Below are positions 1-9,341 of a stretch of DNA of 64,000 nt, in pieces. The translations under genes were made by a program, and so were the position numbers. Location of the stretch: contig CP166615.1 of NCBI GenBank assembly GCA_041937175.2, forward strand, positions 1,408,001-1,472,000, read 5' to 3'. The stretch's first letter is position 1. Every line of letters starts with the position of its first letter. The notes under the pieces are model-generated. The model did no database searches and was not told the origin of the DNA. It saw only the letters and a program-made list of their open reading frames with translations. Source of the stretch: Limnothrix sp. BL-A-16. Lineage in GTDB: Bacteria > Cyanobacteriota > Cyanobacteriia > CACIAM-69d.

Positions 1-3
1 TGG

Positions 4-1032
4 GTGGTGCAACCTTCGGGACAGGTGCATTTTCGCCAAGTACCCTTGCCCAACAGCCAAACCTTGCGCGATCAAATCCCGTTGCTGCGGTTGTTTTTGG
101 GAACACGCACCGCCAGCCGATCGGCCCAGTCCACGGTGAACGGCAACCGGCGATCGATCACCCCCGGTTTGCGCCAGCTCCATCGCCTGTTGATTGAGCC
201 GATCGCCGAATGGTTACCCACCCAACCGGGCGATCGACTGATTGTGATGCCCCAGCAGGATTTGTTCCTGGTGCCCTTTTCCGCCCTGCAAGATGACCAA
301 GGCCGATACCTGATCGAGCGCCATAGTTTGGCCATGGCTCCTTCGATTCAAGTGCTCGATCGCACCCAACACCAGGCCCAGCGCCTGCGCCAGGAAGGAA
401 CAGCCCTGACCGATCGCCCCTTGATCGTGGGTAATCCAACCATGCCGCGCTTGCCCAGCAGCCGATCCAATACCCGATCGCAATTGGCCCCGCTGCCCAA
501 TGCGGAAATCGAAGCCCAATCGATCGCCCGCATGTTGAATGCTCGCCCCCTGTTGGGATCCCAAGCCACCAAAACCGCCGTCTTGGGGCAAATGGAGCAA
601 GCCAGCCTGATCCACTTGGCCACTCACGGGATTTTGGATGCGAAACATGGCCTAGACAGCGCGATCGCCCTGGCCCCCGGCAACAGCCCGGGGGATGACG
701 GTTGGTTAACCGCCCGAGAACTGCTGAACCTGGACTTAAAGGCGCAATTAGTCGTCCTCAGCGCCTGCAACACCGGCCAAGGGGCAATTTCCGGCGATGG
801 AATTGTGGGCTTATCCCGATCGCTCCTGGCGGCCGGAACCCCCAGCGCGATCGTCACCCAATGGGCCGTACCCGACGCACCCACCGCCTTCCTGATGACC
901 CAGTTCTATCAATTCCTGGGGCAAGGGATGGATAAGGCGGCGGCCTTGCGCCAAGCAACCCTGAGAACTATTCAGGAATATCCCGACCCGATCGACTGGG
1001 CCGCCTTCACCCTCATCGGCGACACCCGCTAG
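4..1032 (+). CDS. CHAT domain protein, C-terminal part (gene starts before the window)
   Basis: CHAT motifs IHLATHG, LVVLSACNTG, W.V.D and terminal WAAF; frame is open from the window edge. Confidence 0.9.
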   Translation: MVQPSGQVHFRQVPLPNSQTLRDQIPLLRLFLGTRTASRSAQSTVNGNRRSITPGLRQLHRLLIEPIAEWLPTQPGDRLIVMPQQDLFLVPFSALQDDQGRYLIERHSLAMAPSIQVLDRTQHQAQRLRQEGTALTDRPLIVGNPTMPRLPSSRSNTRSQLAPLPNAEIEAQSIARMLNARPLLGSQATKTAVLGQMEQASLIHLATHGILDAKHGLDSAIALAPGNSPGDDGWLTARELLNLDLKAQLVVLSACNTGQGAISGDGIVGLSRSLLAAGTPSAIVTQWAVPDAPTAFLMTQFYQFLGQGMDKAAALRQATLRTIQEYPDPIDWAAFTLIGDTR

Positions 1033-1111
1033 TTCTCTCCAATAGACTCCTGCCCAAAAGGTGAGCGTTGATGAATTCCAATCTCACCAGCGCCGCAAGT
1101 TGGGGAAACGA

Positions 1112-1120
1112 TGCTATACT
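1112..1120 (+). promoter_or_regulatory. Candidate extended -10 promoter (TGcTATACT) for the riboswitch leader
   Basis: TG-n-TATACT located 6-7 nt before the riboswitch P1 stem. Confidence 0.5.
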
Positions 1121-1126
1121 TCACCG

Positions 1127-1282
1127 AGTCGGTTCTAGCGGGGAGCAGCCGCTAGAGGTAACGGGGAAAGTTCGGTGTGAATCCGGCACTGTCCCGCAGC
1201 TGTGAAGGAGAAGTGTTTCTCCGAGTCAGAATGCCCGCCGATTCAATCCTACAAAGCCCTAAACATCTGCGAGGTACAGATG
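1127..1282 (+). ncRNA. Cobalamin (B12) riboswitch with downstream RBS-sequestering hairpin
   Basis: Conserved blocks GGGGAAAGTTCGGTGTGAATCCGGCACTGTCCCGCAGCTGT and B12-box-like AGTCAGAATGCCCGCC; P1 AGTCGG/CCGATT; hairpin CATCTG-CGAGGTA-CAGATG (1264-1282) holds GAGG and an ATG; lies upstream of metE. Confidence 0.93.
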
Positions 1283-1393
1283 AACTTACAGCATTTTGCT
1301 GACGACCGCCAAAGGCTTGGGTCGTCAAACTTTTACAGTGCAACGCTTCAGCTCAGCACCTTAGCCGTGCCTCCCTGTTCGACTAATTCCTAA
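1280..1393 (+). CDS. Possible 37-aa leader ORF directly under riboswitch control
   Basis: ATG inside the expression-platform hairpin, preceded by GAGG; MNLQHFADDRQRLG...PCSTNS. Confidence 0.3.
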   Translation: MNLQHFADDRQRLGSSNFYSATLQLSTLAVPPCSTNS

Positions 1394-1904
1394 GTCCAGG
1401 CGGGCGCAGACCCCAATTCCCTCCAAGAGCTGACCGCTAGGGCCATCCGGTTTCTACCCAATGGCAAGGGCCAATCACGATGACCGGAGACTGATGATCA
1501 GGCCTCCCGATCGCTGATTGCATTCTGGACTTCCTCTAGATTGTGAGAAACCCGATCGCCCGATCAAAGTCAGCGGGACTTGGTGTTAGCGAGACTAAGA
1601 AGGCTGACAAACTTAACCTTCGTCGCTCTCACCAGTGACAAACTCCAGCACAGGGGCACAACCGCAAACCTTGTGGATTCAGCCCCCCAGCGAGACTCGG
1701 GCACCCTCAAATTAATGCCCATACTCGCTGCATTTTGGCTGGATTAGGTCTGTCTGTCGCCTGGGACTTGGGTTCAACATTCATCCCTTGACATCGCGCG
1801 GCCTTGCCTAGCCGATCGGTGGGTGTTCTGTTCGATCAAGCACCCCTCAACTGCGCTGTCATCATCACTCAAAATTTCGCAAAATTTCAGGAGCCTCGAT
1901 TCCC

Positions 1905-4154
1905 ATGGTTATTCAAACCGCCACCTTGGGCTATGCCCGCATGGGCAAAAATCGTGAAGTCAAAAAGGCCCTAGAGTCTTTTTGGCATGGCAAGTGTGAG
2001 ATCAACGCATTGCGATCGACCGTAGAAGCTGTGGAAACCCATGCTTGGACAGTTCAGTTAAAAGCTGGGGTCGATCGAATTGCCGTCGGAGACCAAACTC
2101 TTTACGACCACGTTCTAGATTGGTCAGTGCGTCTGGGGCTAATTCCCGCTCGGTTTCGGCAGTTCACAGGCATTGATCAGTACTTTGCGATGGCCAGGGG
2201 CAAAGACGGGATTCCTGCACTCGAAATGACGAAATGGTTTGATACCAACTATCACTATCTCGTGCCCGAAATTGAGTCTGATCTTGTTCCCACGGCCAAT
2301 TTCGATGATTTCCTAGCAACGGTCAAGCGAGCACAGCTCATTCTCAGCGATCGGGCAACTCCCGTGATCCTCAGTCCGATTACGCTGCTCACCCTCAGTC
2401 GGCGCTCCAACGATCTCTACTCGGATTTAGATCGGTTGCTGCCTCTTTACCTTGACCTACTGGGGCAGTTGAAATCCCTGGGAATCACCGAGGTGCAATT
2501 CCATGAGCCAACCTTAGTAACCAGTCATGCCGGTGATTTAGAAACTGCAATTAAACATACCTACCATCAACTAGCAACTGCGGGGTTGCCGATTCAACTG
2601 GTCACCTACTTTGATGATTTGGGGGATGCCTATAACTGGGTGATGCAGCTCCCGGTAGCTGGAGTTAGCCTCGATTTCACACGAAGCAACAATCTATCTT
2701 TAGTGAAAACCCATGGCTTTCCTCACGACAAAGTGCTTGGGGCCGGTGTTGTGGACGGGCGGAGCGTTTGGGCCATTGAACCCAAGGGTCTGTTGGAACT
2801 GCTTCAGGAATTGCAGGCAATCACACCAAATTTGCGTGTTCAGCCCTCCGCGTCACTCCAGTTTGTTCCCCATGATGCAACCTGCGAAGCTCAACTCCCG
2901 CAACCTTTGCGCGATGTCCTCAGTTTTGCGGAGCAAAAGTTAACGGAAGTGGTGTTGCTGGCAAGCGGCCTCAACGGACAAGACACGACCAACGAGCAAG
3001 CTGCGATCGAGTTGCGTTGGCAGGCATTCAAGCATTTCAACTTACCTAACCCGGCAGTGCGCGATGTGTTACAAACCCTCAAGGTAGAGGATTTTCAGCG
3101 CTCCCTTCCCTATGAACAACGGCTGAATCAGCAACCCAAACTTCCCCCCCTGCCCACCACCACGATCGGTTCTTTTCCGCAAACCCAAGACATTCGACAA
3201 CTGCGGCTCCGATACAAAAAAGGGGAAATTTCCCAAGCGGACTATCACCAGGCGATCGATACCAAAATTGCAGAGTGCATCAAACTCCAAGAGGACGTTG
3301 GGCTAGATGTGCTAGTGCACGGTGAGTTTGAGCGAACTGACATGGTGGAGTATTTTGGACAGCAACTCCAGGGCTTTGCCTTCACAACGGATGGATGGGT
3401 GCAGAGTTATGGCAGTCGTTGCGTTCGCCCACCCATCATTTATGGTGATGTGTCCCGACTGCAACCCATGACCGTTCGGGAGTTTCAAGTTGCACAATCA
3501 TTGACAGATAAACCGGTGAAGGGAATGCTCACGGGCCCGGTCACCATGATCAATTGGTCATTCCCTCGGGCTGACCTCCCGCGCCGTGAACAGGCCATGC
3601 AGATTGCGCTGGCTTTACGAGATGAGGTTGCCGATTTGGAAGCCGCTGGCGCTGTCATGGTGCAAGTGGATGAACCGGCCCTCCGGGAAGGATTGCCCTT
3701 GAAATCTGCTCGGTGGAATGAGTACCTCAGTTGGGCTGTGGATTCGTTCCGATTAGCCACCGGTGGCGCGAAGACTGAAACCCAAATTCACACGCACATG
3801 TGCTATTCCGAGTTTGGAGACATTATTGAGCACATTGAACGCCTTGATGCGGATGTTCTATCCATTGAAAATAGCCGCAGCAACAACGCAACGCTCTTTG
3901 AAATCACGGATGCTGGATATCAGTATCAAGTTGGGAACGGGGTCTATGATGTCCACAGCCCAAGCGTTCCCAGTGTGGAACAAATTCTTCAGCAGTTGCG
4001 CACGGGTGCTGATCGTTTGCCTGTTCAGCAAACCTGGATTAATCCTGACTGCGGGCTAAAAACTCGCCAGTGGGAAGAAGTGCTTCCTGCGCTCAAAAAT
4101 ATGGTGCTCGCCACGCAAAAGCTACGGGAAGAAATTCATGATTCATCCCACTAG
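1905..4154 (+). CDS. metE: Cobalamin-independent methionine synthase
   Basis: EMTKWFDTNYHY, TTTIGSFPQT, HGEFERTDMVEYF, HTHMCY and NPDCGLKTR motifs; 749 aa. Confidence 0.98.
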   Translation: MVIQTATLGYARMGKNREVKKALESFWHGKCEINALRSTVEAVETHAWTVQLKAGVDRIAVGDQTLYDHVLDWSVRLGLIPARFRQFTGIDQYFAMARGKDGIPALEMTKWFDTNYHYLVPEIESDLVPTANFDDFLATVKRAQLILSDRATPVILSPITLLTLSRRSNDLYSDLDRLLPLYLDLLGQLKSLGITEVQFHEPTLVTSHAGDLETAIKHTYHQLATAGLPIQLVTYFDDLGDAYNWVMQLPVAGVSLDFTRSNNLSLVKTHGFPHDKVLGAGVVDGRSVWAIEPKGLLELLQELQAITPNLRVQPSASLQFVPHDATCEAQLPQPLRDVLSFAEQKLTEVVLLASGLNGQDTTNEQAAIELRWQAFKHFNLPNPAVRDVLQTLKVEDFQRSLPYEQRLNQQPKLPPLPTTTIGSFPQTQDIRQLRLRYKKGEISQADYHQAIDTKIAECIKLQEDVGLDVLVHGEFERTDMVEYFGQQLQGFAFTTDGWVQSYGSRCVRPPIIYGDVSRLQPMTVREFQVAQSLTDKPVKGMLTGPVTMINWSFPRADLPRREQAMQIALALRDEVADLEAAGAVMVQVDEPALREGLPLKSARWNEYLSWAVDSFRLATGGAKTETQIHTHMCYSEFGDIIEHIERLDADVLSIENSRSNNATLFEITDAGYQYQVGNGVYDVHSPSVPSVEQILQQLRTGADRLPVQQTWINPDCGLKTRQWEEVLPALKNMVLATQKLREEIHDSSH

Positions 4155-4572
4155 CCCAAGGTTGTCAAACCTGACTGTTGGCTTACCCAACGTTATTCAG
4201 GATAACTTCCTGTACATCGGCTATGTTGCATGGCAAGGCCACCTCCAATATGGACGAGGGATGGTGGCTTGTACAGTGCAAGAAACGGTGACTAATCGCT
4301 TGGGTGGGATTGAGGATGTAACAGCAAGGTCTGTGCAATATATTCCGTTCGACCTTGCTGCTTTATACCTTGACCTTTGCCTTGTGCCTGTTAGTTCAAT
4401 CGATCGCCTGTTGAGCGTGATCAAAACCTATGCACCCGATCGAGAGATTTTGATTTTGGTCAAGCAAGGTCAAGATGTGGAGATTGACTGGCTGCAAAAC
4501 CTAGCAATTTCACCTTCTGAGTGTTATCGCCAAGTGTGCGATCGCTGGTCAGAGTTTAATCTGGCTTCTTAA
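4138..4572 (+). CDS. Hypothetical protein, paralogue of 6886-7353
   Basis: Overlaps metE stop by 17 nt; shares GY.AW....GRG.V.C, Y.P..E/D and L.ISP...Y..VC....EF motifs with 6886-7353. Confidence 0.75.
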   Translation: MIHPTSPRLSNLTVGLPNVIQDNFLYIGYVAWQGHLQYGRGMVACTVQETVTNRLGGIEDVTARSVQYIPFDLAALYLDLCLVPVSSIDRLLSVIKTYAPDREILILVKQGQDVEIDWLQNLAISPSECYRQVCDRWSEFNLAS

Positions 4573-4672
4573 CTCAACAGAGGCTGGATTAACACCAAGG
4601 ATTGCAGTGTTGATGATTGCTTCGGCGGATCAGCTCGATGCATGAGCTAGTTCATTGTGTTCTCTTTCATTT

Positions 4673-6052
4673 ATGAATAAGCAGTCGATTTTGGCATTGG
4701 CAGACCATCCCACTGTGGCAGTGACAGGGCGAGTGGATCAGTGGCTCCATGATCCTGCGGGGCGGCTGCCGGTGAGCTGTACGGTTCTGGCTGTGCAGGA
4801 TCGAATGGATGGCCCGGATGGCATTGAAGATAGTTGGCATTTCACGAGCCAGGCCCTCCGCTATGGGGCTGGTGTTGCGATCAACTTGTCAGCGCTTCGG
4901 CCTGCGGGTACGGTTTCGCCGAATGTCACAGCCTCTGGCCCCACATCTTTTGCCCGCATTTACAGCGTCTTGAATGAGACGATCCGCCGGGGCGGTCGAT
5001 TTAAAAACGGGGCGGTCAATTTGCATTTGGATAGTCATCACCCTGATGCTCAGGACTTTATTAAGATTCCAATCGATCGCTTGCCTTGGGCTAAACGCAC
5101 GCTAATTGTTCATGATGATTTGCTGCAATTGCCATACCTGAATGACATCATGGAGCAAATGCAATCCGGCAGTTTGTGGCTCTCCAAAGCTCGGACGGAT
5201 GCTGCGGGAAATGTGCTGTATGGCAATGTTTGCAATGAAATTTTTTTGCCGTCACGGGGAACCTGTTTGCTGCAACATGTCAACTTGGGAATGTGTTGCA
5301 TTGAGGATATTCCTGATGCTTTCGAGCATGGCATGAAGATGCTCTGTTCAATTCATCCCATCACTGGTGTGGGTGAGAGTAGCCTTTATCGATCGCCCGA
5401 ACATGATCGACAGGTGGGGTTGGGGGTCATTGGCTTGGCATCGCTTTTGGCGATCGAAAGCGTTACCTATCGCGAGTTGGTGGAAGCTTGGGAATTGCGC
5501 CTGCGGCCGATCGACCACGCAAGAAGTCAAACCAAGGCCGATCGATTAGTGAACAGCCTAATTGAAGGGTTCGATCGCGCGGCGGCTTGGGCCCGAAAAG
5601 AGGGAATGGAGCGCAGTCTAACGATCGCGCCAACGGCTTCCTGTGCTTATCGCTATGTTGATCGCGATGGCTACACAACAACACCGGAAATTAGCCCCCC
5701 GATCGCCTGTGAAGTCGATCGCTACAGTGGTGTTTTTGGGATCCAAACCTATGATCATCATCCCCGAGTAGAAACTGCTTCAGAAGTGGGATATGAGGAC
5801 TATTTCCGGCTGGCCAATTGTTGGCAGCAAAGCATGGAAGCGACGGGACAGGCTCACTCGATATCCTTCAACATTTGGGATACCCAGGTGATTGATCAAG
5901 ATTTCCTAGAAAAATGGATGCGATCGGCACTTTGGACAACCTACTATCGATTGCCAGTCCGTCAACAATCCGCCCTTGATAAAACCATCATTCAACAGAA
6001 ATCGTTAACTTGCGATCTGTCGGCTGATGAATGTGTTGCTTGTGCTGAATAG
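4673..6052 (+). CDS. Minimal ribonucleotide reductase alpha subunit, cyanophage-type (class Ø / Cyano SP clade)
   Basis: TGRV..W..DP..RLPVSCTV N-terminus, finger loop NVCNE, GTCLLQHVNL, TIAPTASC, class I-type YY dyad (WTTYYRL), C-terminal CVAC; only ~459 aa with no ATP cone. Confidence 0.9.
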   Translation: MNKQSILALADHPTVAVTGRVDQWLHDPAGRLPVSCTVLAVQDRMDGPDGIEDSWHFTSQALRYGAGVAINLSALRPAGTVSPNVTASGPTSFARIYSVLNETIRRGGRFKNGAVNLHLDSHHPDAQDFIKIPIDRLPWAKRTLIVHDDLLQLPYLNDIMEQMQSGSLWLSKARTDAAGNVLYGNVCNEIFLPSRGTCLLQHVNLGMCCIEDIPDAFEHGMKMLCSIHPITGVGESSLYRSPEHDRQVGLGVIGLASLLAIESVTYRELVEAWELRLRPIDHARSQTKADRLVNSLIEGFDRAAAWARKEGMERSLTIAPTASCAYRYVDRDGYTTTPEISPPIACEVDRYSGVFGIQTYDHHPRVETASEVGYEDYFRLANCWQQSMEATGQAHSISFNIWDTQVIDQDFLEKWMRSALWTTYYRLPVRQQSALDKTIIQQKSLTCDLSADECVACAE

Positions 6053-6064
6053 GAAGCATTTCTG

Positions 6065-6784
6065 ATGGACTTTTACACTGAACAATTGGCTCGCAAGCGC
6101 TCCTGGACACCCACTTGTGGCGAAAGGATGAACACAATGCCGGGCGCGGATCAAGTTTTGGGGCGGGCCCTGGCGCTGCGTGTTCTTGAATTAGAAGTGG
6201 CGGAATGGCTAGACGACGCTTTGGGCAAAACGACACTTCCAGCAACAGCAGTTGAATGTCTGCGCTCTAATATTCTTGATGAAGAACGGCACGACAAAGT
6301 GTTAGGAATGGCCGCTCAAATCTATCAACTGACGACCGATAGGGACGAAGCAGAAGCCAAACAAATTCATCAGCAATGGATTCATCATCCTGACCATCCA
6401 TTGGTCAAGGCCTTCGTGTTGGAAAATTCCGTCTTCTTTGTGATTCTGCCCTTGCTGCGGATGTTTGGTGGCGTGGGTTTGGGAATCATCTCAGGCGATA
6501 TTTCCGGTGATGAATCTGTCCATGCGGCCGTCCATCGCCAAGCAGCGCATGATCTAGGATTGACCTACAGCAGTTCCTTAGATCGTCTTAGAAGAGATAC
6601 CGTTGGTTGGCTGGTGGATGGCTTGCGAATCCCGGAAGCGGGACGTTCTGGGAAACCTCAACGTTGGTTGGATGCGTCAGATAGTTTGCTCTATCAAGGG
6701 GCTTCTGATTTGGTGGAAACCCGTCGCGCAATTCAGCCTGCATTTTTTGAAATTGCTAACGATGCCCTACCGAGCTATCGGTAA
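6065..6784 (+). CDS. Ferritin-like small (beta/R2-like) subunit partnering the RNR alpha
   Basis: 12 nt after alpha; dimetal carboxylate pattern LELEV...DEERH...VLENSVFF...DESVH; C-terminal LPSY. Confidence 0.85.
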   Translation: MDFYTEQLARKRSWTPTCGERMNTMPGADQVLGRALALRVLELEVAEWLDDALGKTTLPATAVECLRSNILDEERHDKVLGMAAQIYQLTTDRDEAEAKQIHQQWIHHPDHPLVKAFVLENSVFFVILPLLRMFGGVGLGIISGDISGDESVHAAVHRQAAHDLGLTYSSSLDRLRRDTVGWLVDGLRIPEAGRSGKPQRWLDASDSLLYQGASDLVETRRAIQPAFFEIANDALPSYR

Positions 6785-6885
6785 CTGGTCAGATAATGGC
6801 TTGAGTTCTATCACTGACAATCATAATTTTCAGCATTTTCGACCATGGGTTTTGATCTGAAGTTGTGACGAGTTGGAGTTTTTGG

Positions 6886-7353
6886 ATGGCGACATCTTCT
6901 TCTGACTGGCAGGAGTCCTTTGTTGCCACAAATTTAATTGCTCTGGGATATAACGCTTGGAGTAATTATTTGGCGGGAGGACGAGGTGCAGTGATTTGTA
7001 GCTTGAATTTACCGCAGCTCAACATCACAGGAGAAACATTTCGTACCCATTATGTTGTGAGATCACGACTCGCTGCATTTTTAAATGCCTGGCTAGCCTT
7101 TCCTGATACGGTGATTCTGAATCATCACCATATGAATGGTCATATCTTACAAGCCGTTGACAGCTACAATCCCGAAACCGATCTGGTTTTGTTGCTGGAA
7201 TCTGGCGCGCAAGCCGCTTTTTTATATTTACGCGCTTTGCCCATTTCGCCTCCTAAAAGTTATCAGATCGTTTGTCAAATTCAAGATGAATTTCGTCTAG
7301 AACAACCGAACGCTGCTGAGTTGGGGCAATCTGGAATTGGTCTGAATTTTTAG
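6886..7353 (+). CDS. Hypothetical protein, paralogue of 4138-4572
   Basis: GGAG RBS before ATG 6886; motifs shared with 4138-4572. Confidence 0.75.
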   Translation: MATSSSDWQESFVATNLIALGYNAWSNYLAGGRGAVICSLNLPQLNITGETFRTHYVVRSRLAAFLNAWLAFPDTVILNHHHMNGHILQAVDSYNPETDLVLLLESGAQAAFLYLRALPISPPKSYQIVCQIQDEFRLEQPNAAELGQSGIGLNF

Positions 7354-7449
7354 TGAAATAGGCTGCGGCCGGTCGGTTTCTGGAGCGATCGCCCTATTCG
7401 ATCGCCCCAACTGCGATATTCTGGTCTGTGCATTGCTCCTGGCTGTTTT

Positions 7450-9246
7450 ATGCGTCTGTCCCAAGCCCTGTTCGTCACCCTTCGTGAAGACCCCGCCGAA
7501 GCCGTTGTCACCAGCCACAAGCTGTTGCTACGCGCGGGCTACATCCGCCAAATCGGGAGCGGTATCTATGCCTATTTGCCCCTGATGTGGCGGGTGTTGC
7601 AGAAGGTGTCGCAAATCGTGCGACAGGAAATGGACGCGACGGGCGCGCAGGAATGCCTGCTGCCGCAATTGCAACCGGCGGAACTGTGGCGCGAGTCGGG
7701 CCGTTGGGATGTGTATAAAGCAGAAGGAATCGCCTTCACCCTGAGCGATCGCGCCGATCGGGAGCTGATGCTCGGGCCCACCCACGAGGAAGTGATCACC
7801 ACCGTGGCCAAGGAATTAATCCGTTCCTATCGCCAACTGCCGGTGAATTTGTATCAAATTCAAACCAAATTCCGCGATGAAATTCGCCCGCGCTTTGGCC
7901 TGCTGCGGGGTCGCGAATTCATCATGAAGGATGCCTATTCCTTCCACACCTCGCCCGAAAGCCTGAAGGAAACCTACGACGCGATGGATCAGGCCTATCG
8001 GAATATGCTGCGCCGCTGTGGCCTGAAATTCCGGCCAGTGCAGGCGGATTCCGGGGCGATCGGGGGCAGTGCGTCCCAGGAATTTATGATCCTGGCGGAA
8101 ACGGGCGAAGACGAAATTTTGTTCACCGAGGACGAGCAATACGCCGCCAACGTGGAAAAAGCCGTGTCGCTGCCGGTGGATGCGGTTCCCTCGCCCTTTA
8201 CGAGTTTTGAAACCCTGGAAACGCCGGACACCAACACGATCGCCCGGTTGTGCGAGGTGCTGAAGTGCGACCCAACCCAGGTGGTGAAGAACGTGCTCTA
8301 CGAAGCCTTGCTGGATAACGGCAAGCGGGTGCTGGTGTTGATTAGCATTCGGGGCGATCGGGATGTGAACGAGGTGAAGTTGTTCAACGCGATTACCCAA
8401 CGGGCCCCGAACTACGGCGGCTCGAAGGTGTTGGCCCTGAAAGTACCCGACGCGGCGGCCCAAGCGGCTTGGACGGCCAAACCCTTGCCCCTGGGTTATA
8501 TTGCACCGGACTTGAGCGACGACCACATCGCAACGGCCAAGGACACGGCTCCCCAATTCCTGCGGCTGGTGGATCCGAGTGCCAGCCAGCTCCAGAACTT
8601 CGTGACCGGTGCGAACCAAGCGGGCTATCACGTCGTGGGTGCAAACTGGGGAACTCAATACCAACTACCGGAAGTGGTGGAACTGGATGTGGCCCGGCCG
8701 GGCGATCGCGCGGTGCATGACCCCTCGCAAACCCTGCAATCGGCGCGGGGCATCGAAGCCGGTCACATTTTCCAATTGGGGCTGAAATATTCCCAGGCCA
8801 TGAGCGCAGCTTTCACGACGGAATCCGGCGAAAGCCAGCCCTTTTGGATGGGCTGCTATGGCGTGGGGGTGTCGCGGATTGCCCAAGCGGCGGTGGAACA
8901 GTCCCACGACAAAAACGGCATCATTTGGCCCGTAGCGATCGCCCCGTACCAGGCGATCGTGACCGTGCCGAACATTGCCGACGAGAACCAAATGGCGATC
9001 GCCCAGCAGCTCTACACCGACCTAAACGCGGCGGGCATCGAAACAATCCTGGACGATCGCGAAGAGCGGGCCGGCGTGAAGTTCAAGGATGCGGATTTGA
9101 TCGGGATTCCGTTCCGGGTGGTGACGGGCCGGGCGATCGCCCAAGGCAAGGTGGAACTCGTAACCCGCGCCACGGGAACGGCGGAAGAAGTGGCGATCGC
9201 TGAGTTGGTCAGCACGCTGCAAACCAAGATTGCCGAAGCCCTGTGA
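7450..9246 (+). CDS. proS: Proline--tRNA ligase
   Basis: MRLSQ...[45 protein letters not shown], anticodon-binding domain. Confidence 0.98.
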   Translation: MRLSQALFVTLREDPAEAVVTSHKLLLRAGYIRQIGSGIYAYLPLMWRVLQKVSQIVRQEMDATGAQECLLPQLQPAELWRESGRWDVYKAEGIAFTLSDRADRELMLGPTHEEVITTVAKELIRSYRQLPVNLYQIQTKFRDEIRPRFGLLRGREFIMKDAYSFHTSPESLKETYDAMDQAYRNMLRRCGLKFRPVQADSGAIGGSASQEFMILAETGEDEILFTEDEQYAANVEKAVSLPVDAVPSPFTSFETLETPDTNTIARLCEVLKCDPTQVVKNVLYEALLDNGKRVLVLISIRGDRDVNEVKLFNAITQRAPNYGGSKVLALKVPDAAAQAAWTAKPLPLGYIAPDLSDDHIATAKDTAPQFLRLVDPSASQLQNFVTGANQAGYHVVGANWGTQYQLPEVVELDVARPGDRAVHDPSQTLQSARGIEAGHIFQLGLKYSQAMSAAFTTESGESQPFWMGCYGVGVSRIAQAAVEQSHDKNGIIWPVAIAPYQAIVTVPNIADENQMAIAQQLYTDLNAAGIETILDDREERAGVKFKDADLIGIPFRVVTGRAIAQGKVELVTRATGTAEEVAIAELVSTLQTKIAEAL

Positions 9247-9277
9247 CGATCGCTTGAACTCCACCACGGCGCATGAC

Positions 9278-9311
9278 GCGTTTTGCCTGCAACCAGACCT
9301 AGGCAAAACGC
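9278..9311. terminator. Hairpin between convergent proS and 9342-9761
   Basis: 11-bp inverted repeat GCGTTTTGCCT / AGGCAAAACGC. Confidence 0.5.
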
Positions 9312-9316
9312 CTTGA

Positions 9317-9334
9317 GGCTGGGGAGGATGTCAA
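9317..9334 (+). mobile_element. IS200/IS605-type right-end remnant
   Basis: GGGGAGGATGTCAA, identical 14-mer to the end of the element at 33056-33069. Confidence 0.4.
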
Positions 9335-9341
9335 CAAGTAC

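Noticed and set aside
4673..6052. Class II (B12-dependent) NrdJ call
   Set aside because: YY dyad, adjacent ferritin-like gene, very short C-terminus and position under a B12 riboswitch all argue against it
4673..6784. Prophage, given the phage-type RNR genes
   Set aside because: No integrase, capsid, terminase, polymerase or att-like repeats; flanked by metE and proS
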